Of a stretch of DNA of 54,815 nucleotides, positions 9,457 through 18,610 are shown in pieces. The stretch comes from a virus (lineage: Duplodnaviria; Caudoviricetes). The DNA lies in the IMG/VR virus record IMGVR_UViG_3300021494_000060, positions 1 to 54,815 of that record; one strand, written 5' to 3'. Positions within the stretch are counted from its first letter, which is position 1. Every line of letters starts with the position of its first letter. The translations under genes and the position numbers were made by a program. The notes beneath the pieces are model-generated. The model worked only from the letters and a program-made list of their open reading frames with translations, made no database searches and was not told the DNA's origin.

Positions 9457-10248
9457 TTAGAAATTTTCACTCTGACTTTTCAGCCTATTTTTGCCAGCTC
9501 TTTTATTAAATTCTTTCAATAAGTCCAATCTCTTAAATTGAATATGCAGAGTACCCTTCTTATACCATTTAAAGTTAAAATATTTTGAACTGCATTGCCA
9601 TTTTTTATCCTGAATGGCCTGTTTAATAATTGTCAGTGCATTACCAGGATATTTAACCACTTCTTTTCCGTCTAATAAATGAAATACAGTATCCAATGTT
9701 TGTATTTTTTCTCCTGCATATGCGCTTATATATGTCGTATATGTATTTTCAGCAATTTTTACTGTAATAATACTGCCGTTTATTATTACTTTTTCTCCGG
9801 TCTCAAATTTTTTATTAGTTTTAAATTTGTCCCGGTATGGATGCAGCCAACGGTAAGCTTCATCCATAAGTTCATCAAAAATACCGTTTAATTCTGCATA
9901 GACATTGTTACAAAAATCTGTTACACTCTGCTCAGTAATTTCAGGAGTTTTGCCGTTATCTATCTCTTTCCATAACTTGTCAAACCTTCTGCTTGTCATA
10001 AATTTTGGGAGTTCAAACATTGTTATAATTTGTTTCCAGCAATTCTTTTTTATTTCTTTTTTTATTTTATCAAGATTCCATTGGTTAAACCCAAACGGGA
10101 AAAAAGACGTAGTATCACCATAAGCACTTTTAAGTGTTTTTTTAGATTCTTCAATTTTTTCAAAGGCTCGCTCCATATCGTCAATTGCCTTTTTATACGT
10201 ATTTGCTAAACGTGTCGCTGTAGGACGCTGTATTAGTTCATTAACCAT
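9457..10248 (-). CDS. DUF4942-like protein
   Basis: C-terminal YFNFKWYKKGTLHIQFKRLDLLKEFN motif. Confidence 0.7.
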   Translation of the reverse strand: MVNELIQRPTATRLANTYKKAIDDMERAFEKIEESKKTLKSAYGDTTSFFPFGFNQWNLDKIKKEIKKNCWKQIITMFELPKFMTSRRFDKLWKEIDNGKTPEITEQSVTDFCNNVYAELNGIFDELMDEAYRWLHPYRDKFKTNKKFETGEKVIINGSIITVKIAENTYTTYISAYAGEKIQTLDTVFHLLDGKEVVKYPGNALTIIKQAIQDKKWQCSSKYFNFKWYKKGTLHIQFKRLDLLKEFNKRAGKNRLKSQSENF

Positions 10249-10434
10249 TTTTCTTTCTCCTTTCCTTTTTTTTTAGTCTTGACTAACCGGTTATTTTGGT
10301 TAATAATAAATAAAAATTACAGATCAGCATTTCTTTTCTTTTCTTTTTTCAACCTTTTCCATCTTTATCCTCCTTTTTTTTTGAGGGCACATATAGTTTT
10401 ATACGTGCCCTTTTCTTTTTTTATTTTTTTTTAA

Positions 10435-10463
10435 TTGACATTAATTTAAATTTTGGATATAAA
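10435..10463 (+). promoter_or_regulatory. Sigma70-type promoter facing against the surrounding genes
   Basis: TTGACA-17 bp-TATAAA preceded by a T-rich tract. Confidence 0.7.
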
Positions 10464-10499
10464 GAAAAGAAAGGGAGGCTGAAAATCCCATCTTTTTTG

Positions 10500-10545
10500 A
10501 GCCTGCTATGAATCCGCCAAGACTGATAGCAGGCTTTTCTTTTTT
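10500..10545 (+). terminator. Intrinsic terminator
   Basis: AGCCTGCTAT...ATAGCAGGCT 10-bp stem followed by TTTCTTTTTT. Confidence 0.65.
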
Positions 10546-10571
10546 CACTTTTCTTTTAATTGAGCCTACTA

Positions 10572-10943
10572 TTATTTTTTATACTCACGAAAATATATTG
10601 ACATCGACGGCGCTACCTTATCTGGATCTATGTCGGTATGAATATGTTTTTCACCGATTTTCATCCTGTGAAATCCTGCCTGTATTAACGCTTTTACGAT
10701 AAGATACCTTTTTTTACTATTATCAGCCTTAATGTCAGCAGCCACGCCTTCTAAATGACTGCTTGCCGGCGATCCACCAACCTCTTTATTATGCTTAGGA
10801 CATCTGAACCCTGAATTGATAATAAAAGGAATACCGGCTATATCCCTTGCCGTATCAAGCATATAAAGTAAACCTTTGCTCATTTCTTCTACTCCCTGTC
10901 CACAGCAGGGGCACAGAAACTCTTCAATTATAAAATGCCTCAT
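10572..10943 (-). CDS. Peptidase M15 family protein (probable endolysin)
   Basis: EFLCPCCG, INSGFRCPKHNKEVGG, SSHLEGVAADI, HIHTD. Confidence 0.9.
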   Translation of the reverse strand: MRHFIIEEFLCPCCGQGVEEMSKGLLYMLDTARDIAGIPFIINSGFRCPKHNKEVGGSPASSHLEGVAADIKADNSKKRYLIVKALIQAGFHRMKIGEKHIHTDIDPDKVAPSMSIYFREYKK

Positions 10944-11190
10944 TTTTTTCCCTCCTTATAGCCCCTATGGCTCTTAAAAAATTACTATTGCGAACTACCA
11001 TGTAATCGCAAAGAACTTCCAGCCCCATTTTTTTACATAATTCTACAGCTTCTTTTAAATCATAATTTTTAGGAATCAGTTCTTTTAATGAATATAGTTT
11101 TCTTGACGGATAATTCACATATTCAATGTAAAAAATTGTCTTTAGTCCGGCTTCACTGATTGGATCAAACTTTCTCTTATTTTCTTTCAC
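10924..11190 (-). CDS. Hypothetical protein
   Basis: GTG start with G-rich RBS; resembles the C-terminal extension of PyrE. Confidence 0.6.
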   Translation of the reverse strand: MKENKRKFDPISEAGLKTIFYIEYVNYPSRKLYSLKELIPKNYDLKEAVELCKKMGLEVLCDYMVVRNSNFLRAIGAIRREKNEAFYN

Positions 11191-11315
11191 TGTAAATCCC
11201 CCCCTTTTTTTCTAATTGTTCAATTACAGTCTGTTGACATAATGTTAATTCTTCTACTGTTTGTATAGTTTGGCGAACAAACCAGCAAGATAAAACTATA
11301 GCTGCGAACACAGTA
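11177..11315 (-). pseudogene. 3' part of a 51-aa membrane protein gene disrupted by the IS (5' part at 12559-12575)
   Basis: Joining the flanks gives MKTLLITVFAAIVLSCWFVRQ...GIYSERK*, overlapping both neighbouring genes. Confidence 0.7.
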
Positions 11316-12558
11316 GTGACTACTCCGTCAGCTAAAGCAGACGGCTTCTATTCCAAAGAAAAGCTCTGTAGCCCCAGAGCTAAAATATTTAACGCCGCAT
11401 TATGATCTCTTTGAAGAGAAAAACCACAGCAAGGACAATGATACATACGATCAGACAATTTGAGCTTATGCCTGTTGCCACAATTGGAGCATATTTGACT
11501 TGTATAGGCAGGATTAACTTGAATGCAACGAGAACCGGCACACTCTGCCTTGTATCTCAAGCAATCAAGAAACATTCTCCATGCTGCGTCACCAATGCTT
11601 TTATTAATGCAACGAAAGTTATCTTTTTTCATGTCGTTGATAGACAAGTTTTCAACGACAATGGTGTTAAACCTGTTCACAAGTTTACGAGACTTTTGGT
11701 GAACAAAATTATGACGTTTCCAGTTAATTCTTTCGTATATACGAGCAACTATTTTACGGACTTTTGCTCTGGCTTTAGACGCTTTTTTCTGCACAGAAAG
11801 TTTACGTTGAGCTTTGGCAAGGGCTTTTTCTTCATGCTTGAAAAAGCGAGGGTTTTCAATCTGTTCCCCATTAGAAAGTGTGGCAAAAGATTCAAGCCCC
11901 ATATCAATACCGATAGATGGATTAATAGGCTGTTCAACAGGTTTATGTGCAATATCGCAGGCAAAGGTTACAAACCATTTTCCAGTAGGTGTTCGCCGGA
12001 CAGTGCAGGTTTTGATCTTACCTTCAATAGACCGGTGAAGTTTGATCTTGACACAACCAATCTTGGAAAGCCTGACAACATTTTTAAGAAGCCTGAAACC
12101 GGATTGAGGATAGGTAAAGGAATCATACCTTCCTTTACCTTTAAATCTTGGATATCCAGGCTTTTGACCAGCTTTTACACGTCTGAAAAAAGCTCTAAAT
12201 GCAAGGTCTATTCTGGTAGAAACATCCTGAAGTGTTTGACTGAAGATATTAGCCAAAAAGGGGTGTTCTATTTTGAGGGTTTTCAAAGTATTGCTTTGAT
12301 CATAGCGAGAAAGACTTTTCTTTTCCGTTTCCCACGCATTTTTGCGTTGCTCAAGAAAATGATTATACAACCAGCGACAGCCGTCAAGTGTTTGCTCAAG
12401 GACTGTGGCCTGCTTATGTGTTGGAAAAATTCTATAGCGAAAAGTTTTTCTCATGGTTTATACATATATCATAAAGTGTATAATAATGTCAAGAGAAATT
12501 TTGCAAAAAGGAACGGGCTTTCATCTGCCAACTAAAGTAGACAGTTTTCCCGCCTGTA
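11316..12558 (-). mobile_element. IS200/IS605-family tnpB-only (IS1341-like) element, about 1243 bp
   Basis: Subterminal hairpins at both ends; right end GAAGCCGTCTGCTTTAGCTGACGGAGTAGTCAC; TTAAT directly 5' of the left end; no tnpA. Boundaries are ambiguous by up to 3 nt. Confidence 0.85.
11348..12454 (-). CDS. tnpB: RNA-guided endonuclease TnpB
   Basis: HTH N-terminus, RuvC residues GIDMG / VVENL / RDHNAA all intact, Zn ribbon CSNCG...CPCCG. Confidence 0.95.
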   Translation of the reverse strand: MRKTFRYRIFPTHKQATVLEQTLDGCRWLYNHFLEQRKNAWETEKKSLSRYDQSNTLKTLKIEHPFLANIFSQTLQDVSTRIDLAFRAFFRRVKAGQKPGYPRFKGKGRYDSFTYPQSGFRLLKNVVRLSKIGCVKIKLHRSIEGKIKTCTVRRTPTGKWFVTFACDIAHKPVEQPINPSIGIDMGLESFATLSNGEQIENPRFFKHEEKALAKAQRKLSVQKKASKARAKVRKIVARIYERINWKRHNFVHQKSRKLVNRFNTIVVENLSINDMKKDNFRCINKSIGDAAWRMFLDCLRYKAECAGSRCIQVNPAYTSQICSNCGNRHKLKLSDRMYHCPCCGFSLQRDHNAALNILALGLQSFSLE

Positions 12559-12571
12559 ATTAATAAAGTTT

Positions 12572-13009
12572 TCACGATAATCCCTCCCATTTTACGGAAA
12601 TTCTGTCAGCAGCAGCATAAAAAGTATACTTTTCAAGATTCTTATCAAAATACTTATGCAGCGCAAAAACAGCTTTTGCCAAGTTTTCAATAGCTTTTCT
12701 TTTTTCACCTTTTAAATTTAAAGCAAGATTATCAAGAATTGCCAAGATAAATGACGTATGAATAGTAACATCCAAACCGTCTCCGAACTCTTTCTCTATG
12801 GCCGTTAATTTCTTCTTGGAAAACGAAATCAGATCCTTATCATTCTGTTTCCAGAAATTAAAAGCTGTATTAGAATGTTTATCTATTCTGTCCAGGATAT
12901 TCATAATAGTTTTGTTCCGTTTTTTATCTTGATATTTAGTCCGTATCATACCAGAGAACCCTTTTGCAACTGCTATTGTTGTTAACGTATTTTTTAATGC
13001 TTTTCCCAT
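12572..13009 (-). CDS. Hypothetical protein
   Basis: AAGGAG RBS before ATG 13009; helical 145 aa. Confidence 0.6.
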   Translation of the reverse strand: MGKALKNTLTTIAVAKGFSGMIRTKYQDKKRNKTIMNILDRIDKHSNTAFNFWKQNDKDLISFSKKKLTAIEKEFGDGLDVTIHTSFILAILDNLALNLKGEKRKAIENLAKAVFALHKYFDKNLEKYTFYAAADRISVKWEGLS

Positions 13010-13044
13010 AATAATTATCTCCTTTTTTTCCCATAAGCCCCTAT

Positions 13045-14814
13045 TTATTCTACTTCTACCGCTTCCAGTATATATTCCGGCCAATACCTTCTATCCTTTG
13101 CAATACTATCAATTAAAGCCAAGTCTATAATATATACCTTTCCCCAGTCTGTTCTGCTTCTTACAATCCTGCCCATCATTTGAACGGATTCAAGAATCAT
13201 GCTGATCTTGTACCATAATTTCCCAATATCCGATCTATACAGACGCTGTGAAACCTGCTTGTCTTTCAGATTCAGAAATGGTGCTTTGCAGATTATCGCA
13301 AACCGTGCAAGATCATCAGGCAGATCAAGACCTCGACCGGACGAAGGTGAAACAAAAACCAGTCCGTTTACCTGTTTTTCTATAAAATTTTTTGTAACTA
13401 TATCCCGTGTCTGCATCTTTTCCTTATCATCTTTTTCCGGCTTGTGTGAAATCAGAACATGACCAGTTCTTTTTTTAAACACCCCCCTGTTTTTCATCAC
13501 CCAGCCGTTAATTTTCCATGAATGGGTATGTATAATGCCGCGTTGTCCTTTGTGATAAGTTAAAATCCTATCAATAGTTTTTAATAACTTTTCTTTATTT
13601 TCCTGTATATTATTTTCAATCTGCTTGAACCGCATATCAACAGGATTATCGGCTATAATTACCGGCCGGTTCTTTACAGGAAAATCCGATTTGATTTCCA
13701 AATAATCTATATCCTCGATCTTAATTCCCATTGTTTTGGCCACAATTTGCCGCGGCGGAAATGTTGCCGACATAAGAACGAACTTTTCAGCATGCCGCCA
13801 GAGATATTGTTCAGCAAACACTTCCGGCATCCAGAGAGGCTTCCATGAATAGGCCTTGACGCGGCCATATGAGTTTTTCTGCTCTTCAAATATCCAGTCT
13901 TCCGACACATGATTGAGAAAAATATTGATACGTTCCAGCATTCTTTTAGTTCTTTTAATGCTATTATTTAATTCCGTAAATCTTTCCAAATGAGATTTTT
14001 GTTTTTTATCAATGTCAGGCAGCTGCTTCAGAAGCTCATAAAGCTCAACTTTAACGGCTTCTCTTACCTCCCCTGCCCATTGTTTCCATAATTTCAAACC
14101 CTGCCCGTTTTGGGCGTTAGGCGTCTTAAACTTAGGAATCCCTTTTCCTATAGATTTAATCATGTTAATTGAAAATCTTAGCTCAATCATGCTTTGAAGC
14201 GTCTGATCTAATATATCGGCTTCATCGCAAATCCAGAGAGGAGTATCTGCAGAAAATTGACCGATATAATTGACTTCATTCAAAATATAGGCATAGTTCA
14301 AGATCCTGACAGGATTTAAAAGAGCAGTGATTTTATGTTTTTTATATTCACAAGTTTCTTTCTTTTGCGGCGGACAGGTTTCATAAACGCAATCTTCTGC
14401 TGTTAATGACGGCATATAATTACATTTAAAGTTTGCCCTGCCTTTCATAACACTTGCTGTTGGAAAGTCTGACTGAAGTTGAGACTGAAGCTGAATACCG
14501 TTGCAGATATAGTTAAAATGAAGTTTATGCCCAGAAGCAGTGTTTTTATTATCTTTATCTTTGTTTTTATTATCTTTCATTGCCGCTCCATATAACGCCG
14601 CTCCATATAACATCCCTGCAAGACTCTTCCCGCTTCCGCACGGTGCGCAGATTATAGACACCTTGCATTTTGAATTATTCAAAAACCGCAATATCTTTAA
14701 CTGCTGCGGATATAACTTGCGATTCCTGAATTTCTGAAACAATAAGTCTGTTTGATATAATTTTAAGTATTCAGATTTTTGCATATCCATTCCTTCCATT
14801 TCTTTTCCTTCCAT
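13045..14814 (-). CDS. DinG/Rad3-like SF2 helicase
   Basis: APCGSGKS Walker A, KGRANFKC Fe-S Cys region, CDEAD, MSAT, GLDLP, QMMGRIVRSRTDWG. Confidence 0.9.
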   Translation of the reverse strand: MEGKEMEGMDMQKSEYLKLYQTDLLFQKFRNRKLYPQQLKILRFLNNSKCKVSIICAPCGSGKSLAGMLYGAALYGAAMKDNKNKDKDNKNTASGHKLHFNYICNGIQLQSQLQSDFPTASVMKGRANFKCNYMPSLTAEDCVYETCPPQKKETCEYKKHKITALLNPVRILNYAYILNEVNYIGQFSADTPLWICDEADILDQTLQSMIELRFSINMIKSIGKGIPKFKTPNAQNGQGLKLWKQWAGEVREAVKVELYELLKQLPDIDKKQKSHLERFTELNNSIKRTKRMLERINIFLNHVSEDWIFEEQKNSYGRVKAYSWKPLWMPEVFAEQYLWRHAEKFVLMSATFPPRQIVAKTMGIKIEDIDYLEIKSDFPVKNRPVIIADNPVDMRFKQIENNIQENKEKLLKTIDRILTYHKGQRGIIHTHSWKINGWVMKNRGVFKKRTGHVLISHKPEKDDKEKMQTRDIVTKNFIEKQVNGLVFVSPSSGRGLDLPDDLARFAIICKAPFLNLKDKQVSQRLYRSDIGKLWYKISMILESVQMMGRIVRSRTDWGKVYIIDLALIDSIAKDRRYWPEYILEAVEVE

Positions 14815-14948
14815 TCCTTTTATCTTGACTCCTTCTATAATTCCACTTTAGAGCCTCTAATACGTCCATTTAGAGGCGAAATAATTTTAAAAGGTATGTC
14901 AGTATATCTTATTCAATAAAACCTCTAATTTTTGCCATTAGATACCTC

Positions 14949-15043
14949 ATAGGGGTTATAGGGGTGAAACCCCTATGAGATTATAGGGGAAGCGCCCCTA
15001 ACTGGGGTTTTAGGGATGAAACCCCTACTGTTCTTGCCCCCTA
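14949..15043. repeat. Cluster of three or more dispersed hairpin elements
   Basis: GGGGTTATAGGGGTGAAACCCCTA; TAGGGGAAGCGCCCCTA; GGGGTTTTAGGGATGAAACCCCTA. Confidence 0.85.
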
Positions 15044-15949
15044 TTCTATATAAATCCCAAACATATTCTGAGATTCTGACATATTATGAGATTCTGAAAA
15101 TCTATTTATAAATTTCCCCATAATCCGCACAGCCTTTTCCACTTTTTTATATTTTCTATAATCCATTTTCCGCAAATAATTCAACCCTGCTTCTGTTACG
15201 TTTCCAGTCCCTTCATATATGCAGTTTTCGATAATTCTTACTTTTTCCTGCGGCGTAGCAACATCCCAGATTGCAGCAGTATTTTCTATTTCATCAGCAG
15301 AATAGAAAACAATAAACACAGGAGAATTGAAATCATTGAAATTTTCAGAACCGGCAATTTTTTTCAGATAAGCATAAGCGGTTTTAATTTCAGCTTTTGC
15401 TTTCAATTCTTCTGCTAAAATATCCTGTATATCTTTTAACCTCTCTTCTTTCAATATATCTTTCAAATGCTTGTTATGATATATAATCCTGATATTTAAT
15501 ATACCATCAACCTGTTTTTGCCTGATATAATCATCAATTTTTCTTTCTACCATTTTCAGTAACTGTGATTTCCTGATCTGCCTTGCGTTTCTGACCTTAC
15601 TGCGCAGAATAATAATATCATCAACCCGCATATAGGCAATTTTATTAGTTCTTCTATTAATCCTTTCATTACTTCTGCCATTTTTATTCTCTCTATTAAT
15701 TATTTTTAAATTATTTCTTAAAACCTGTTTTTTTCTCTTGACATTTTCCCCATTAATGGTTATGCAATAGGGCGAGGTATTAAAGCACACTTGAATGATG
15801 GCTGCCTCAACCCGTTTCTTAATGGGTGCGCAAAAGGCACAAGCCCATGACAAACAGCCGCAAGACCGTGTAAAATGGCTGTTTTCGGAAAAATATAACA
15901 GCGATATTTCTCCATTGCAGTTTGTCTGATATTGACTCTGAATAATCAC
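15041..15949 (-). CDS. Putative replication initiator
   Basis: N-terminal CGCLSWACAFC Zn motif like that of Rep-type initiators; basic; next to a helicase gene and a long inverted repeat. Confidence 0.45.
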   Translation of the reverse strand: MIIQSQYQTNCNGEISLLYFSENSHFTRSCGCLSWACAFCAPIKKRVEAAIIQVCFNTSPYCITINGENVKRKKQVLRNNLKIINRENKNGRSNERINRRTNKIAYMRVDDIIILRSKVRNARQIRKSQLLKMVERKIDDYIRQKQVDGILNIRIIYHNKHLKDILKEERLKDIQDILAEELKAKAEIKTAYAYLKKIAGSENFNDFNSPVFIVFYSADEIENTAAIWDVATPQEKVRIIENCIYEGTGNVTEAGLNYLRKMDYRKYKKVEKAVRIMGKFINRFSESHNMSESQNMFGIYIE

Positions 15950-15999
15950 TTAGCTGTTTTCTCTAATAATCACAATAGGTTAGATTACATGGACAATAA

Positions 16000-16171
16000 A
16001 TTATGTAAACGTAAAAAATCGCATTTTTTCAGACTATATCTGGGAAAACTCGTACTTGAGATGGGTCAATAAGTCTTATATATAAGATATATATAGCGTT
16101 ATTGACCCATTTTAAAATCGAGTTTTTCAATACAGTGCTGGGCGTAGGCCGGTTTTTAACGTTTACATAAT
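16000..16171. repeat. About 170-bp imperfect inverted repeat, candidate origin
   Basis: Arms ATTATGTAAACG / CGTTTACATAAT, AAAACTCG / CGAGTTTT and ATGGGTCAATAA / TTATTGACCCAT around an AT-alternating centre. Confidence 0.8.
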
Positions 16172-16222
16172 AGGGGCGCTGCCCCTATAACCCCATAGGG
16201 GTTTCACCCCTAAAACCCCCTA
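16171..16222. repeat. Dispersed hairpin element, two units
   Basis: TAGGGGCGCTGCCCCTATAACCCC and TAGGGGTTTCACCCCTAAAACCCC. Confidence 0.9.
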
Positions 16223-16293
16223 AAAAAAATCAAATGCTCTTTTCAACTGCTTTTTTCCGTTATTAAATTATCCATTTTATCCATTTTTTTCTC

Positions 16294-16995
16294 TTACTTT
16301 CCATGCCATACATTCCAGAATTTTATAGCATGATCCACCACAAAGCGCTTCAGATAATCTCTGCCAGGGTTAAAATAAATATGAATACCCCAGCGTACCC
16401 TCATGCTTATTAAGCTTTGTCTGATCATCTCAGGCGTTATTTTGCTGTATATACTGCCCTTCATTAACTCTTCTTCTGCAGCTTCAATTATTAATCCTAC
16501 CCAGCCGCCACGATTAATCATATGTTTAAACCGTCCTAACTTATGAACGGTTTTTGTGTTCCTCTCCTTTCCAATATACGCAAGAAAATCGCTGATCATT
16601 TTCCGTTCGATTGTAAAAAGATTCTCAAGCCCCAAGATGCTGTAATCACCGTTGTAAAGAGCCTGGTTAATGAACGGAACTTTATCCGCTGTTTTTAGAA
16701 TCATAGTAGCGGTATCGTTTTTATTTTCAGCTTTTTTATTATCATCAGCTTTATTTCCGGTTTTATTTCCGGTTTTATTTCCAGTTTTTTTATTATCAAC
16801 GTTTTTGTTTTCAGTCTTATTTTTACCTATTTTTTTAGACACCCCCCTGTCTTTTTTATCCACTGTCTTTACTTTTTTCTTTTTTTTCTCAACGAACAGT
16901 TTTATATGTTCGCTGACATCCTGCACAATAATCATACCATCCGGTATTTTATAAGGTTTAATATAATCAGAAATATCATTGATATCCTTGAACAT
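16294..16995 (-). CDS. ERCC4-domain nuclease (resolvase-like) with a low-complexity insert
   Basis: IVQDVSE...GDYS...TIERKMISDF...IIE motifs; K/N-rich insert. Confidence 0.8.
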   Translation of the reverse strand: MFKDINDISDYIKPYKIPDGMIIVQDVSEHIKLFVEKKKKKVKTVDKKDRGVSKKIGKNKTENKNVDNKKTGNKTGNKTGNKADDNKKAENKNDTATMILKTADKVPFINQALYNGDYSILGLENLFTIERKMISDFLAYIGKERNTKTVHKLGRFKHMINRGGWVGLIIEAAEEELMKGSIYSKITPEMIRQSLISMRVRWGIHIYFNPGRDYLKRFVVDHAIKFWNVWHGK

Positions 16996-17065
16996 GCTTT
17001 TCCTTTCTGAAAATGGGCAGACTGACAAACAAACCTGCCTGCCCATTTCTATTTATTTTTTTATT

Positions 17066-17644
17066 CTATTCCCAGCTATCTTCAGTATCAACATCATCAA
17101 TATCATCAACATCATCTTCAGCATCATTACCAACATCATCTTCAGCATCCATATTCACATTTTTTGCCGGCCGGATTGTTTTAACGTCTACAAACTCAGC
17201 ATCGGTCTTTTTACTCTTCGTCAGGATATGAACCACGATTAATTTCTTGCCAGGCAATGCTGTTTGTATTGCTCTGACAACTTTAGGATGGTTAAGTCCC
17301 ATGTCATCATCAGCGAACTTTTCCATGAATTTTTCAATCAGTCCAGTATGAGTGAGAACATAACTGAACGTTTTGATAGCAATCTTATTTATACTGCCGT
17401 CATTTTTCACTACATTGATCATCCATCTGAACTCCATACCCTCATTGTCTTTGCCCCCCAGAAGCGCTTTTACGATTCTTAACGGTATAATATATGTTTC
17501 ACCGCGCTTTTCTCCATCCCAGTTTTCAGCATCTTTAGCTCTTAGTAATCTTATATCATCACCGATTACACAAACTGATGTTCCGGGAGCCGGGTTTTCA
17601 AATCCTAAGTTTAGATCTTCGTCTTTTGCTTTAAAAAATTTCAT
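17066..17644 (-). CDS. Putative ssDNA-binding protein
   Basis: Acidic tail ending DSWE; directly downstream of the Sak4-like ATPase. Confidence 0.55.
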   Translation of the reverse strand: MKFFKAKDEDLNLGFENPAPGTSVCVIGDDIRLLRAKDAENWDGEKRGETYIIPLRIVKALLGGKDNEGMEFRWMINVVKNDGSINKIAIKTFSYVLTHTGLIEKFMEKFADDDMGLNHPKVVRAIQTALPGKKLIVVHILTKSKKTDAEFVDVKTIRPAKNVNMDAEDDVGNDAEDDVDDIDDVDTEDSWE

Positions 17645-17709
17645 AATTCTAATCCTTTGTTTAATGTTTAAGAATATTTAATTAAGATATTAAGATATTC
17701 AGTTATTTT

Positions 17710-18579
17710 TTACATACCTCCTTTCTTGTCTGTATAAGAGCGTAGCGCCCCTATGGGGGGGGTTATAGGGGGGGGATACCCCCCTATTTTTAATCCCGCC
17801 GCTATCTTTTCCAAATTTAACACACCGCTTCTTTTCCCTTCACTATCGCCAGTATATTTTACACTCCATGATTCGCCCATGTCCACTGCTTTTTTAGGAG
17901 TTTCAAAATATACCATAGGTGGATATACAACTTTTCCTCCTTTTCTGCGCGTAACCACCCTTCCTACCAGATCAAAGAAGCCGAACATAGCTTCAGGAAA
18001 CTCCCGTCCTTTTAATGACGGTGCATAATCCTTCATTTTATCCCATGACGGATTCTGTGCCTCCAAACAGGTTACAATTATATCCTTTCCGTTATTAGCG
18101 GCCAATCTCATAAAGCACTGTGAAATCCGGTTCATATTGCCGGAAATCCCTCCATATCCCTCCTGGCTCAGTTTTGTTTTAGATATTAACGGCTTATATC
18201 CCTTTTCCTTATCGCTAAGACTATCAAACCGTTCTGTCGTCAGTTCCAGGCTCAGATTAATATTCATCAGATGAGTATATCCATCACAGACAACAGTTTT
18301 ATATCTCTTAAAATTATCTGCATCACTGCAAAATTTTATTAAATCCTCAAAATCCTGATACTCCATGTAATCTATATCAAGATCTTTTCGTTTTGCGGCC
18401 TTAATGGATATCCCGATATTACGAGGCTCTGTTGCTATCCAGAATATCGGACAGGCGGCAGTTTGTATTATAGTGGTAGTTTTTCCTACTTCTGTAGCGC
18501 CATAGATCATTATAAAACTGCCGGACTGGTCATTATCCTTTTTCGCTATTAATTCCGTTAAATTTTTTATTCTTGCCAT
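17710..18579 (-). CDS. AAA_24 / Sak4-like ATPase (recombination)
   Basis: IYGATEVGKTT Walker A, TVVCDGYT Walker B, FDLVGR. Confidence 0.8.
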   Translation of the reverse strand: MARIKNLTELIAKKDNDQSGSFIMIYGATEVGKTTTIIQTAACPIFWIATEPRNIGISIKAAKRKDLDIDYMEYQDFEDLIKFCSDADNFKRYKTVVCDGYTHLMNINLSLELTTERFDSLSDKEKGYKPLISKTKLSQEGYGGISGNMNRISQCFMRLAANNGKDIIVTCLEAQNPSWDKMKDYAPSLKGREFPEAMFGFFDLVGRVVTRRKGGKVVYPPMVYFETPKKAVDMGESWSVKYTGDSEGKRSGVLNLEKIAAGLKIGGYPPPITPPIGALRSYTDKKGGM

Positions 18580-18610
18580 TTAACCTCACTTTCTTAATTT
18601 TATTTCATGC

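Noticed and set aside
11402-12535. 377-aa plus-strand ORF
   Set aside because: Antisense shadow of tnpB with no motifs or RBS.
16000-16171. Protelomerase target of a linear plasmid-prophage
   Set aside because: No protelomerase or tyrosine recombinase gene was recognised, and the centre is not a perfect palindrome.
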